In this document: positions 1 to 13,678 of the stretch, in pieces
How positions within the stretch are numbered: position 1 is the first letter of the stretch
How the letters are laid out: each line of letters opens with the position of its first letter
Assembly: GCA_964016885.1 (NCBI GenBank)
Contig: OZ024745.1
Span: 74,400,001-74,464,000, forward strand
Length of the DNA stretch: 64,000 nt
DNA from: Eledone cirrhosa
Taxonomy: Eukaryota
Direction: 5' to 3'
The notes under the pieces: generated by a model
The model's database searches: none
Seen by the model: the letters and a program-made list of their open reading frames with translations, nothing else
Told to the model about the DNA's origin: nothing
Position numbers and translations under genes: made by a program

Positions 1-165
1 CCTGCTAGAAATAGCAGCTCACTCCCCTTCAAATCACAGTCACCATCTTAAAATGGATGGACACAGTTAATGCAATCCTAGATATCACTAAAAAGATAGG
101 ACAATCACCGCTGAAATGCTTCTGATTATAGATCTGCTTTATCAAGATTAAAATCTGGGCTACAC
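1..165 (+). repeat. Abundant interspersed repeat (SINE/LINE-tail-like, 'cctgctagaaatagcagc...' family)
   Basis: Same ~170-bp unit recurs at ~4690-4870, 55800-55965, 59690-59860 and 62745-62910 (+), and at 52060-52240 and 54560-54690 (-). Confidence 0.7.
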
Positions 166-229
166 AGTAGATTGTGAAGGCATATAAGTAAAGAGGTTGT
201 GGCATACATTACTTTCTCAAATTAATTAA

Positions 230-1375
230 GAATATAGTTAATGGGAAATATGTCCTTAGATAAAGGCAAATCCACTGTAACTAGCATTTGAGAAAGCCTG
301 TTACAGGGTGTTATGTCTAGTAGTGAGGTGGTTGTCAAGAAAGCTAGGTGTGAATGAATGACTTGTGAGAGCTTTGTAAGAAAGATATAAAAATGCTGTC
401 AGTAAGGTAAAAATTATCAGCATATTTGGCAAGATATGCAAGTAAGTATGCATCAGGTCTCACTTCTTAGAACCAACCCCTGTTTATTATAGTTCTCCAA
501 GCCAAAGCAGAGGACTTTAAAACCAGCTGTCCAAAGAAATTTTTTTATGACAATAATGTACATCTCAAGGATGAGTCATTTGAAGAATTAGAGAAGATAT
601 TCCAAATGTTTAAACAAAACCTTGAATGAAGAAGCATAAGAGCAAAAAATTAACTGAGAAGACGGACTCTATTGCTATGTAGGAAATGGCTTTGCTTGAT
701 ATGGTACAAAAGGAGCAAATACAAATCCTATACAATACATCCCATGTAAATTACAGGTGCATAGATAAGCTGATTGTGAAGAATATCATAGGAATTGTTA
801 ACAATAAAATCACCCGTGAAATAAAATCTTTCAAATACTTGGAAGGTTCCATACAAGTAGCTGACATCTTTTTGAGTTATCAAAAATAAGTTTGAGGAGC
901 TATTACCTTTAATATGAAGGTTGATGCTGGTGTGTGAATTGGATGATGCTGGTGTGTGAAGTGTGATGTTGCATGGTAGCGAAATATTGGCTTTGAATAA
1001 AGAGGATGCATGAATGCTAGAAAGAAATGGAGTGAACATACTCCATAAGATATGTAATGTTAGAGTGAATGAGCAACAAAGCACAAGTAAACTGAGAGTA
1101 AAAGCTAGGTAAAAGAAATCAGTGTGTAAAAGGAAAGACTGTGCTGGTACAATCCTGTGATGTGTATGGAGGATGAAAGTTGGGTAAAGAAATGCTAAAC
1201 ATTACAAGTGAAAGGACCTGCAGAAGAGGAAGATTTCAAGAGAAGTGGTCAATACTGATATTGTGGTATGGAACGTCCTGAAAGAAATGACAAGAAAATA
1301 TAAGTGGTATGATACTGTGCTGGAAAAAACCCATGCAAGCATGGAAAAATGGACATAAAGTGATGTTGATGATAC
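230..1375 (+). mobile_element. Degenerate RTE-clade LINE (RT core to 3' tail), same family as 47421-48326
   Basis: Broken-frame remnants of EKAFDRV, LGVNEWLV, PLFIIV and MLHGSE.W-like motifs; decayed GKWPC segment; 3' tail 'cccatgcaagcatggaaaaatggacataaagtgatg'. Confidence 0.75.
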
Positions 1376-1379
1376 ACAT

Positions 1380-1625
1380 ACTTCTTCTTCACCAACTTAT
1401 TCCTGAGAAGGTTGTTGGGGACAGAGTCCTCAAACACTCCTCCCAACAGGTCCTGTCAGAAGCAGTCATCTCTAACTGATCCTGCTGGATCCCCAAGCAA
1501 GACCAACCAAGCTCATGGATGTTATCCAACCATCTTGCTCTACCCCTGGGACCCCTGGATCTCTCAATTCAGAGAAGTAATGGCTCCACCTGGAGCGATT
1601 CTCTGATCTACGCACTCTATCAAGG
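1380..1625 (-). mobile_element. 3' fragment of Rex3/Expander-like RTE LINE
   Basis: Homologous to 15345-15620 and 34478-34860; ends in a short GAA tail. Confidence 0.7.
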
Positions 1626-1959
1626 GTTGAATAAGTTGTTAGCAGATTAGGTTGATACTCAAAACAGGAGTACTGACTGCTCAGTGGGCTCAGAGTCTGC
1701 ATCTTGCTTACATATGTTCATTCACCCTACCAAGTACTTAGATGGGCCAGCAGCCCGCAACTCACTTACATACAATTCCACACACTACCATGTGCATTTT
1801 ATTGTGATACCAGCACTAGGGAAGTTGTCATGTCTTTGACTGAAGAGTCCCGCTGATCCTTTGTTTGGTAGGTTTTCTATGGCTGGATGACCTTCCTATC
1901 AACAACCACTTTACAGAGTGTACTGGTTACATTTATTTACTGGTTACATGTAAATCACC

Positions 1960-3170
1960 AAAGTCCTTCCAACCCTTTGTTGATGAAGGTGATATTTAAA
2001 GGAATTCTTTGTTAAGTTGATGTATAGTGCATTTTACTTATTCTTTTACATCATTGGAGTGGTTTCTCTTATTTTTTGTTAGATAAGAGTTGTCTAATGG
2101 ACATAACTCTGGTTTCCTGTAATTACATTTCTTCTAGTTGATTGTTTTCTTCACTCCAGTATTTCATAATATAATTTGTACATAACTGTTCATAGAAGGT
2201 GTTATGTTATTAAAAGACAGTGTTGTTCTTTTTATGAAAGAATTACTGGAATTTGTGGATCAGAGAGAAGTATCTGCTTTGATGTACAAGTCTTCATATT
2301 CATATAAAATAATGGTTTAAACTAATCATGTTTTCCTCTCTTTTCTTAGCTGGTAGATAGTTCATAGTCTTGGGTGTGTAAGTCATTGCCTTTTTGTGTA
2401 CACTGTGTATCAATGCCTAGTTATATTGTCCTGCTACTCTCAAGTCACGAGTAATCGTCCCTCTCCACTTATTAATTTTTCAAATTTTTTCCAGCCCCCT
2501 TATTAAATTTTGCTAACCTATCTCCGGCGAAATTTAATTTAAGTGGTAACATTCCTATGACAATTAATTTTCTTTAGACATTAAAAAACATTATACAAGA
2601 CAAAAAAGAGTACATTACTAAAAATCCCATTGGTTAAAAATAAATAGGATGGGTTAGGGTCCCAATATGTATACTATACAACTAATTCTATTTTTTTTTT
2701 TAAATCAACAGAACAACCTAGAAAAATTACCAATTTTCCAAAAGTACCTTGTCAAAATTTATGTTGTCTGAATAAAATGAGTTCATTCCTTTGCCTATAT
2801 AGGTGTGTCTGATGATGTTGAATGAGTTGTTGGATTTTATATGAATGTACATTATTTTTGTTATTGGACTACCTGAAATGCTCCTAGGTTGAGCATGGTA
2901 CCTAAGTGGTTTACCAAGATAACCTTGTGTCAATATATTAGTGATGAATTGATTTCTTTAACTAGTTGAATCCTGGTTTCATATTTCTATTAGGGTGGGA
3001 CTATTGGTGTTAGATAGATAGTTTACGACTTGTGTGGTACCCCAATATCCAATAGTATGTCACTGCCCTCTCAGATATGAACAATTAATTTTCTGTAGAT
3101 TCTGACTAAATGTTGAGTCTGGTATCTTTAGAATTGATATCTAAAATATGACTCTTGGATACATTCAAAC
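1960..3170 (-). mobile_element. Old degenerate Penelope-like element (same type as the 28-30 kb copy), interrupted by a MITE
   Basis: Minus-strand 'IMYIHIKSNNSFNII...MNSFYSDNINFDK' aligns to 'LHYIHRRSNHPRNIT...ISRLSANEQIFE'; 'AGQYN*ALIHSVHKKAMTY' aligns to 'APYYNQALKRSGFREEISY'. Confidence 0.55.
2434..2736 (+). mobile_element. TA-flanked MITE (Tc1/mariner-like ends), partial
   Basis: Homologous to 32411-32797, 10785-11075, 25660-25810 and 51680-51950. Confidence 0.65.
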
Positions 3171-3234
3171 ATTCTTTTTTTTTTTTATGTAGACAATGAT
3201 ATGTAATAAAACGATGTGAAATGGACAGTAAAAT

Positions 3235-3530
3235 GAAGGCAATGAAAAGTTTTGTATTACCTGGTATTTATTATCATCATTTTATTTTCCATCCTAATAT
3301 TTTGTGACCAAAAAATCCCTTCCTCGGAGCATGGAAAACTTTCAGAGCAAAATGTTTCAGTTTTATCGCTTTGAAATTTGATTTAAATTTAAATCAAACT
3401 AATTAGACCAGAATATTTGGCTCTGAGAGTTCCCCATACTCTGAGGAAGGGATTTTTAAGTCCCAAAATATTAGGACAGAAAAAAGATAATAATAAATAC
3501 CAGGTAATACAAACTTTTTCATTGCCTTCT
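3235..3530. mobile_element. ~295-bp imperfect palindrome: inverted pair of PLE-type terminal repeats with degenerate hammerhead cores
   Basis: Left arm gaaggcaatgaaaagttttgtattacctggtatttattat is nearly the reverse complement of the right arm; right arm has CTGAGGA-aggga...tccc-AAAAtatt; single-arm homolog at ~9725-9905. Confidence 0.7.
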
Positions 3531-4432
3531 TAAACATATCATTTTCTATGTCATATGCTACATTTTATTATTTTTTATAAAATTGTTTGACAGTTGCATT
3601 AGCAAATGAAATTATGTATATAGAAAGTCCATCTCAATGACTTCTGTGTTTTTGTTATTGTTGTTACCAAGATATTAATTGTTTAATAGTTAAAGTTAGT
3701 TCTGCTAACATTCTGTACCACATGAAATCACATTAGCAAGACATTCTTAAAAAGTATATAACAAAACAGTATTATGACTACATGAAATTAAAATTGAAAT
3801 CTTTAGTCTAATACAAATTTTCACAATGTCTAGTAAACACTATAAATATTTGAATTAATGAATCCATTTTTAGACATTCTCTGCTAAATCATTACAGAAT
3901 GTTGAGAGTTAAGTTGCTCCTTGTCATAGATGTAGTTGATGGAATGCTTTGGAACAACTCATGGTTCCAGCATTTCAAATATGCCATTCTTTACTCCTTC
4001 CTATCTGGGACTATACAATATACTTTGTTATATGTGGTTGATCATGCGAGATACTATGTGGCATCCATTTTGTTTGTCTGATTGTTTGAATATAATTAGA
4101 GGTTCCGGCCATGGCAAAAGCAAAGGTTTAAAACACAATGCAAATATCTCCTTAGCTTTGGGGGATCTCTTAAAACTTAATATGCATCTACTTAATGTCA
4201 TAAAACTAGAACTGAGAGACAAATCATCTCCACCTTGGCTAGAATGGTGATCTCTCATTGATAATATTTCAAATGACTGTGGCATAGAATGAAGAGTACT
4301 GCAGAATATAGATGAATAAATCCACAGATTTGGTCTCAATGGAACATAGTTAACACAACAGCCATGAATCAGCTATACATCATTTTTAAAACTACTGCTG
4401 TCATCATGATGTCTTCCTAAACACAGGCTTAA

Positions 4433-4630
4433 CCCTTTAGCATTTGCATTACTCCATATTTACTATTGTATTTGGCTTTACCTCACATAATATCGAATCT
4501 ATGAGATTTTTATATTATTTATTTTGAGAACAATACCTTAACATCAGTATGAGTGGCTAGTTACAGCCGGTTTGAACAGACAGAGGTGAGAGAATTCTGG
4601 CCGGATACAGCCAGTTTAAATGCTAAAGGG
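4433..4630 (+). mobile_element. piggyBac-like MITE family A
   Basis: TTAA|CCCTTTAGCATTT ... AAATGCTAAAGGG|TTAA; copies at 13472-13678, 52315-52529 and ~63585-63760. Confidence 0.8.
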
Positions 4631-5514
4631 TTAAAGCCAGTCTCTTAAACTACCATGTCCAAAAATGAACCAAGAGAGCCTCTACTAGGCTGCCCAATCT
4701 GTTGGAAATAGCAGCCAAATCTCCTTCAAATCACACTATATCTAAATAAGGAGATATCACATTAACAGTGCAGTTCAATATTTTAAAAAAAGGAAAGGGT
4801 GGTTATAGCTGGAATTTTATTATTATTATTATTCTACTCAGAGTTAATATGCAGCTAAGCCACAACAATGTCCAAAAAATCCATCATCATCATCATCATC
4901 ACCATCATAATTTAACGTCCCTTTTCCTTGCTAGCAGCTCATGACTTCAGTATCTGATGGACCCATTATTGACTCATATTTATATCCTACTTTTTTTTAT
5001 TTTCTGTATAATAACACATGATGTCCAAAGGATTCTCCTGTAAATACACTAATATATCTAATATGATCATGGATAGTTACTACTTTATACTGCTTTGTTT
5101 GTTTTTTAAAAACTCTTCCACTGCCATTAACAGCTTCACTTTTCTGAAAATGGAAAATAAATTTTCAGGGATTTTTTCTCTTTTTTTTTTTTCCAAGTTA
5201 TTTAACATTTTGCCTAAAGCTATGAATTAAAACATGGAGCTGAGCTGGTGGGTAACTGGATGAGTGGTTTTTGTAACGTTTCAAGGATTCATGATTCCTT
5301 AGCAGTGACAGGGAATGTCAGACAGTGTAGAGTAATCAATAAAGGGAATTTGGCATCCAGGCTGAACAGTTACTGTCTGTGACCTGAAATTCTGCATGAT
5401 ACATTTATGTTATATACACACATACACAAACATTTACATGTATGTATTCTTTAATTATCTAAAAAAAGCTTCCCATTATTTTAACACATTTCATTAATAT
5501 GTGTCTTCTACATT

Positions 5515-5718
5515 GAAACACACACACACAGCTCAATACAAACAACACACACACCACTCACATACAGAGTACACACTGCACACATGCAACACACACACTG
5601 CTCACATGCACATACATACGAGTGCACACCACACACAACACACATGCATGCATACATACATACAGAACACACACAACACACACACCACTCACACACATTC
5701 ATACATATATACACATAA
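5515..5718. repeat. Imperfect (CA)n low-complexity tract
   Basis: Direct inspection. Confidence 0.9.
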
Positions 5719-6224
5719 CTAAATAAAGTGCTGTCTCATTTCCTCTGTACCCAGCTTATCTTCAATTTCATCTCTCTACTTTATACAATCATTTGCTCAA
5801 CTAACTAATTCATTAAGGACTCATACAGCTGTTTACCATAACTGCATTCTTTTATGTTAAATCCGTGCTAATAGACTTAATGTAAAGACCCAAACAATTT
5901 TAATTAATTAAAACTATACCCATAGGGAAGAGAGAAAGAAAAAGAAACCATTAGCTTAATTATTAATTCTGGTTAAGAAACATAGGGGAGACAACTCCAA
6001 AGTTTAAATTAATTAAAATTCAATGTAGGATAAAGAATTTGAATGAATAAACAGGCATGACAACTTAAAAGTGTGACCAAGAGAATTTCCCTGGGACACA
6101 TTCTTGCAAATAGTTAAGATGGTGCTAACAGTTTTAATGTAGCAAACCAAAATATTTTAATTAAATAAAATTACGCCCATAGCAAGCAGAAAAAATAAAC
6201 AATAGTTTAATACCCACTTTCAAT

Positions 6225-6520
6225 GTCACTCATCTGGGACACTACATATTGCAACATTTTCTCTGCTACCAACCCCATTGCTTAGGGTGCTGTTGCATGT
6301 AATACAGAGAAGTTGTCTAAATACCATTCATTAACTGACCATTTCCTTTTATGCCAATCACTATTGAAACTTCTGGTGTCCTCTATCCCAGGACTGACAT
6401 TTTTTCCTCTATATCAGGATAAGGGCATCTCACCTGAGGAAAGAGCCCTGCAAGCTGGCATTGCTGATGCAGTGGGTATTACTGGCTACTATCTACAGTA
6501 ATACTTTTACCAGCTTGTCT
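6225..6520 (+). mobile_element. Degenerate CRE-clade non-LTR fragment (restriction-like endonuclease)
   Basis: SLIWDTTYCNIF...KLSKYHSLTDH...MPITIETSGVL, homologous to 52960-53790. Confidence 0.65.
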
Positions 6521-7324
6521 ATGGGATGCAGCTGAGATATACCATCTAGCTAATGGTGCAGAGTTTGCTTCTTCCCAATTTCTCTCTCTCTCTTTTGCTG
6601 CATGTTTGAATTTTCAGCCTTGCCTCTAGTCTCAAATATGTGTAGAATCATCATTTAACTTCTATTTTTCCATGCTAGCATGAATCAGATGAGTTGTTAC
6701 AGTCAGTACTTAATCAGAACTTATGTCCTCCAAGGCAGTTTGGTACCACATCTCACTTACATATATTCTGGTTTGACATGGTTTCTACCTCTGAATACCC
6801 TTCTTTATACAAACAACTTTACAGAGTTTACTGTGTTCATCTTATTTTGACACCAGCACTATGGTTGGTAAAGTACCACCAGTCATTCTGAATATTCAGG
6901 TTCAATTAAAAGTTACCTACAGTTTCTGTAAAGGTGTATGGTTCTGTGTTTGGGGTACTGATCACACAATCATGAGGTTATACATTTTATTCTTTGGCAC
7001 AATTCTTGATTTCACGTTTCTCTTCATGATACAACCTCACAGGAAGCCAGTTAAACATACATAAGTGTGAGCTATAAATTCTATTTTTCATTTTTACCTC
7101 CAGCTTGAGATTGTTGACTTTAAGCAAATTTGTCTAGTTTTTAGTCCCAACTGGTTAATTCAACAGTCATGAGCTACCTCTTCCGAGGTTCCACTTCATA
7201 TTGTCCCCGGCACTGCCTTGGGTTTGTGGCCAATTGAAACCTCAGTCCGCTTGGCTGTAAATGACTGTTCTAGATAAGCATTTGTCACTACTCTAAAGAA
7301 AGGGAAGACTATATAATTAAACAT

Positions 7325-7500
7325 CTGCAGGAATTGGCTGTATGGTTAAAAAGTTTGCTTTACAAAAAATGTGGTTTATGGTTCAATCCCAGTGCATGAC
7401 ATCTTGAGAAAGTGTCTTCTATTATAGCCTCAGCTAACCAATGCCTTGTGAGTGAATTTGGTACATGAAACCTGTGGAGAAGTCTATTGTCTGTCTGTAT
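7325..7500 (+). mobile_element. tRNA-headed CORE-like SINE
   Basis: 'tggctgtatggttaa...ggttcaatcccagtgc...gtgtcttctattatagcctc'; copies at 9060-9250, 13450-13820 and 24255-24410, and minus copies near 42100-42290 and 51610-51680. Confidence 0.7.
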
Positions 7501-8184
7501 GCACTGGGTCTGTCTTTGTTTATGTCTTCATAATAACATTTTAGCAAGCAATGCTATTTGTTTATATCCCACAAATTAGCAGTTCAGCATTGTTCAGTGA
7601 ATTTAAGTGCCATACTTAAAAATAAAGTATGGGTGTAAAATTAATGATGATAGTGTTCATGGCTGCAGTCGTTGTTTTATTCATGAACTTGTCATATGAA
7701 ATTCTTACAGACCTGACCCCTGATGATAGAAAAGCTACTACCAAATCTATCCATGTTTAACCAATTCTATTTTTTTCACACTAAATGAAGCTGTTTGTGC
7801 CTCTTGAAGAACTGAATGCTGACACACCAGATAAACATTATAACTAAACAATTACTCAAACATTAGATTACACTATTACCAACACAAGTTTTAATCTTTG
7901 TAACTGTGTTTGAGGTGCACTTTCTTTGAAATGATTTTATTAAATAATTAATGTAATACTTTTCTCCAGCTTCTGCACTGTCTTTAATCACCTGGTTGAG
8001 ACAGTTGGTACCTCCCACTTACAATGTCATTTTTACATTACAACAACAAAAAATAGTAAAATTTGTCTTTTGTCCTTTGGGAGTGAATAAGCATTAGAGG
8101 AAATAGATAATGTTACTTGGAATGTTGCACAAGAGAATCCAATCTTCGCTAATATAATAGCACGCTAATAATAATTTTTAATAT

Positions 8185-8630
8185 TCATACAAAGTTACAC
8201 GCATTTTGATCTCCGATCAAGAAAACCACAAAAATTAGGCTAAAGTAATGGTTGAGTCCATTTTCCTGTAGGGATGTGAGTCTTGGACACTGACAAAAAC
8301 ACTCACAAAGAGGATTAATAACACATTCACCCAGATGCTGAGAATGGTCCAGAACATATCCTGGAGAACACATATAGCAAAGAAATCACTCTACGTCTCA
8401 CACCTTCACCTTTCTGACAGCATAAGGCATAAGAGGCTTGCATTAGGCAGACATGTGAAATGTCAAAATGAACTTTTCTGGAAATGTGATGCATGCAGAA
8501 GAGTTGGGAGACCAACCACAATGCTGAAGGATGTTCTTGAAGATGACAAGGAAAATTCATATGGCTAGACAGAGTAAGCTGGAGGAGGAACTTTGTTATG
8601 GCACTAGTAATGGATGTCTAGAAGAAGATA
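8185..8630 (+). mobile_element. 3' fragment of an RTE-like LINE (third family)
   Basis: GCESWTLTKTLTKRINNTFTQMLRMVQNISWRTH...IRHKRLALGRH...RRVGRP. Confidence 0.7.
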
Positions 8631-9799
8631 TAACTCGTACTTATTTTATTGATCCCAGTCGGATGAAAGGCAAAGTCAACCGTAACACAATTTGAACTCA
8701 GTACTTAAGGTGATATAATTAGTTTAGTCCAATATATAGATTCTGTTACCAATTCTCTTTAATGCTATCAATGATAATTTCCTTTTATATTCCTGATCAC
8801 TAAAAAGAAGCTTTTAAACACATCACAGAGGAATTTAATTCTTCAGAAGATTTATAACTTACAACTGTATTGCTAGTATTATGTAGGACTGCATTCTGTT
8901 GAATCAACAAGCTATTGATTTAATTGTTTTCCATCACTAGAACTGTACTGTGTCCATGGCAAAGATACTACTCTCTCAATAGTTTATTCAACTTAGTTGT
9001 AAATAGGCACCATCAAACGGTACAGCCTACCACTAATAAGCAGTATACTCGACAAGTGGGTGCAAGTATAGTTGTGGGTCTAAGAAATTTCCTTTGCAAA
9101 TCATGAATCCAGGCTTGATCCCACTGCGTGGCTACTTGAGTGTCTTCTACCTGAGCCTCAGATTGAGCAATGCTTTTTAGGTAAAATTTTGTGGACAGAA
9201 ACTGTGAGGAAGCTTTGTTATATAATGTGTGTGCATGTCTGTGTGTACACATTGATGAGAAAAAGAATGAATTGAATGTGTTTGTACAAAAATACCTTGT
9301 AGTATTTATTCTGCCTCATTTGCATGGATGGCCTCTTGTCAATCTCCCCACCAGAAATACAGTTAAAAACTGATTGGCTCATTAGATAAAATTAAGATAA
9401 ATAGATGGCGGTCCTAAGGTCAATTTTCCCTGGAGTATAGCTTGAAAAGGCCTGGTCTCCTTTACATGGCTGACTTGCCTCAATATATGATGGACAAAGC
9501 TTTCAAATATTGTTTCTCCTGCCAGGTTATGTGACTTTCTCAAGTAACTATTATGATTTCATCTTTGCTTTATTACACTAGCATGCTGTCCTTTTCAGTC
9601 GGTTTTATATAACTTTGATAGGTTTCGGCCAGTATTGGCCCAGGCCATATCTAACTTAATAGCACCACCTGGTGGAAAGGGATATAAGGCTAAACAATGC
9701 AATATGGATGGTAAGATGAAGGTAACGATAAAGTAAGTTACCTGGTAATCTTTGTTTGTTTTGCTTTTTTTTTTTTTTTTTTTTGCTGTTGTTTCTTTT

Positions 9800-9840
9800 G
9801 TCCTAATATTTCGGGACTTAAAATTCCCTTCTTCAGAGTA
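9800..9840 (-). ncRNA. Minimal hammerhead ribozyme core (PLE type)
   Basis: Minus strand tactCTGAAGA-aGGGA attttaag TCCC-GAAA-tattagga, with palindromic AATATT at stem III; stem I is weak. Confidence 0.55.
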
Positions 9841-10294
9841 TAAGGAACTCTCAGAGAAAAATGTTCTGGTTTCTTATCTTTGGAATTAAATTTAGATTTA
9901 AATTTCTTAAACCGCTCTCAAGCGTTGTTTGATGGTTACTTTGTTATTCATGAGAAGAATGATGTCAATTGCCGATGTAGTATTTCATGGAATCAATTTT
10001 CTTTTTTATACATATATACCTTTTGGTGTATTCGCTGAAACTATTTTTCTACTATTCTTCAAATAGCATATATTTATTCCCTTTGCTTCAACTTTGGGTG
10101 TGATCATTGCTGTATGATGGAAATAATCACCAACTTTATATGATTTTCTTGTTCCGACTGAATTTTTACAAGAGTGCATAGCAACAAAATGTTATAAATC
10201 AAGCATTGGATTGGCAGATAAATATTGTACCTAATCAGTGAAAGTACATGTAAGAAAATATTTTGGTTATTTAACTGCTGGGAAGTGTCAGCCT

Positions 10295-10545
10295 TATCAT
10301 AAACTATATCTTAATGGGAAGATGTGTGCTACTATAGAATCAATGATAAATTATAAGTTGATGGCAAGACTTTTCCTATTAAGTCTATCATAGACTATAT
10401 CTGAGTGGTGGGATTTATCCTACTATAAAGTCTGTCATGGACTATAACTTGATGGTGAAACTTACACTACCATAAGCTCTGACTTGATGGTGAAGCTTGT
10501 TTTATGTTTAAGTCTATCATATCTTGATGAGGAGACTTGTCTTCA
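10295..10545. repeat. Degenerate minisatellite, ~45-bp unit, about 6 copies
   Basis: Recurring 'tatcat(a/g)gactata.cttgatgg...ctat..aagtc'. Confidence 0.65.
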
Positions 10546-12699
10546 GTTGACAAAATACTATTAAACAATGGATTGTACGCAACTCCCTGTGGGCTGAAAA
10601 AATTGCAGAGCAATGTTGGCAGTGATATACGTTCATGATTAAAATCTTAGTTGTATTAAAGATTGGGAAGATGAAATGAGATATTTCTGTTCCTTTCTAA
10701 CTGATTATGATCTGTAGTATATAGTTTCATTTTTTGGGAAACAACTTTGTTTTAATGCACCTTCTTTAGTTCAAATCTCTTTTTATGTATTCTTGGGTAC
10801 CAAATAAGGTTGAGGGGGAATTGCTCATTTTTCTAGGTTGTCTCCCTTGGTGTTTTTTTTAAATCGAGAATTTGTCATTTAGTTTACATACCCATCGAAT
10901 TTATTTTGTAACGTATCAGATTTCTTGTAATGTATTTTTTTCGTCATGTATAATGTTTTTTAATGTCTAATGAATATTAATTATTGCAGGAATGCTAAAA
11001 CTTAGAATTAAATTTTGCTGGAGATAGATTAGCAAAATTTAATAAGCAAGGGACGATTATTCAAGACCTGAGAATATCGTCTTTAGTTTAAATCTCTTTT
11101 AACATAAAAAAAATGTTTCTTCTTATGTGTGAATACAGAGGATTTTGAAATGACCACTTTTGCTTTTGCTGAATTTCCTGTGTTTATGCTTTGGATTTTG
11201 TGTCAAATTCTAAAGTTCGTCATCATTGCCACATTGGTTTCCTCTTGCTCAAAATGTGTTCCAATTGCTTTTGTCAAGGACTCCATTGTTTGTAAGGCAA
11301 ACTCATCCTTGATGTTTCCAAAGTTGGGTAGACAGCTCAGTATAATCAAGTTAAATTAATATTTGGCTCTTATGTATAAGATGTCTACAGTTGGAACTGA
11401 AATTGGTTTATGAACTCCATTCCATGTTGGACATCTGTGGTCTGCTAACTCAACCTGTCACGGATGAATGCTGACATAAGAACAAATACATCCTTTTTAT
11501 AAGTGATTGATTCTTCAATGTATTTCATACATAACATTAATGCAAGTTACCAGCTTTTTAGATATATCTAAAATAAAAGTAAATTTTTAAAGATTCAATT
11601 CTAATACATTTTCATAAAAATGTTGCTTTTATATTCCACACCATCTTTGCTCAAAACCCAGACCTGACATTCATAACAGTCACTGCTTCTATTTCTTGTG
11701 TCTAACTTTAACCTTTTCTTTGCCATATTTCTAATGAAATACTTAGTATTTTGATTAATTAATGAAGAATTTGAGACAGATTTACCAAAATTATAATTTC
11801 ATTCAGATGGTATTTGAATACAAAATACAGGCAGTTTGAGGCAGGTTAGTAGTAAAAGAATTAAATACAAATCACTTTTTTGTCACTTCCAGTTGCTAGT
11901 ATAATCTTAGAGAGCAAATCAAAGTTCTTTCACATTTCACTATTTTATAATGTTTAATGTTTGAAAGTGATTTCAGTAATATTTGTGTTTCCTTTTCATA
12001 AAGTTATTTCAATATTTATTTTGGAGGGGTTTTTTTTTGTTTATAAATATTTAAAACTTATTTCACTTTTGCTTTCTTTTCCCTTTATATTTCAGTAACT
12101 ATTGATCCAAATTATTTTTACTATTTATGTATTTCAATCTTTCATATAAATTTTACAAAAATGGCACTTACTCATTTAATCCTTTTGTGACTGTGTTTTT
12201 AATGAAATACTCTCTATTTCAATTTATAAATGAGAAATTTTGAGGGATTTACTAAAATTATTAATCATTTCATTACTAAGATAATAATTTAAATTATGGT
12301 TCTTATAAAATTATGTTGGAAGATTTCAATTTAAAAAGGAACCTTTTAGAATGGGTGATTTTGTTTCATAAAACCAGAGCTGGTTGTGGCTAGGTTGGTA
12401 TCAACTTTATATATATGCTTCCTGAGATTCGCCAACACTACACCTAATATTCCCCCTCCATACACATATACACATGTATATTATTCTATGTACTATACAT
12501 GCACCTTTGACAAGTTGTAGTACACCTGAGCACTTTACACAATAATTTCATCATTATTATTATTATATATATATTAGAAAGTGTCTTGCTGTTTCGACAG
12601 CTAGTTACAGACAGCTGACTCTTTCTAATATAATCACATTCTACTATTCCAAGTATCTTGTACTCTGTTGAATAATGGCCTAACTAGTTTAATACTGAT

Positions 12700-12960
12700 A
12701 TATCATCATCATCATTTTACGTCCGCTTTTCCCTGCTTGCAAGGGTGGGACAGGAACTGATTCTGGCTTGATTTCTACAGTTGGATCCCCTTCCTAACAC
12801 CAACTTCATTTACAGTGAGTGCTGGGTGCTTTTTTGCCATGGCACCTCCACTACCACTTTGCAGTGGAACGATAGGGACCTCAGTCCCTATCATCTCATT
12901 TCTACAGCTAAGTAAACTGGAGCAATGTGAAATAAAGTGTCTTGCTCAAGGAAACAACAA
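12700..12960 (-). mobile_element. 5'-truncated composite SINE (same family as 57690-58007)
   Basis: High identity to 57700-57930, including the internal junction; (GAT)n tail. Confidence 0.8.
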
Positions 12961-13471
12961 GAGCATATGTATATATATATATGTACATTTTTTTATTGTA
13001 TATAATAATATTTCAGTTGCATTTGAAATGTATAAATATATTTTGTTTCCATTTCTAATTACTTTTCCTCCTTAATAAACAATGGCATTTTAGATTAACA
13101 AAAAGTGAAATAGTACAATGTTGAATGCAAAATATTTTCAATACTTAGAAAATTAATACTGCTATTGTAAGATATGTTCTGTTCTTTATTCATTTAATTA
13201 ATATATAAAGGCAATAAAGCAATGGATTGAGATTCCTTATTGCTGTTTTAAAAAGAACAATTTTATATTTTTAAAGAAATTTCTTTTTCTGTAGATTCTG
13301 AATCTCTGTTGTTGAAACTGTTTAAAAAATCACATAAAATAAAAATAATGAAATGTAGGGTTAAATAATGTATTGTTAAATATTGTATTGTTAAACGAAT
13401 AAGTGCACAAATCTTAAATGAAGAAAGAAACACATTGGACAATATAAGTGCTGGCATGGCTGTATGTGTAA

Positions 13472-13678
13472 CCCTTTAGCATTTAAACCAGCTATATCCA
13501 GCCAAAATTGTCTTGCCTCTTTTTGTTCAAACCGGCTGTAGCTGGTGCTCATACCAATGTTAAGGTATTGTTCTCAAAATAAATAACATCAAAATCTCAT
13601 AGCTTCGATATTATGTGAGGCAAAGCCTTTACCGTGAAAATACAATAGTAAATATAAAGTAATGCAAATGCTAAAGGC
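13472..13678 (-). mobile_element. piggyBac-like MITE A nested in a SINE head
   Basis: CCCTTTAGCATTT termini; splits 'ggcatggctgtatgtgtaa|ggagtttgcttc'. Confidence 0.75.
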
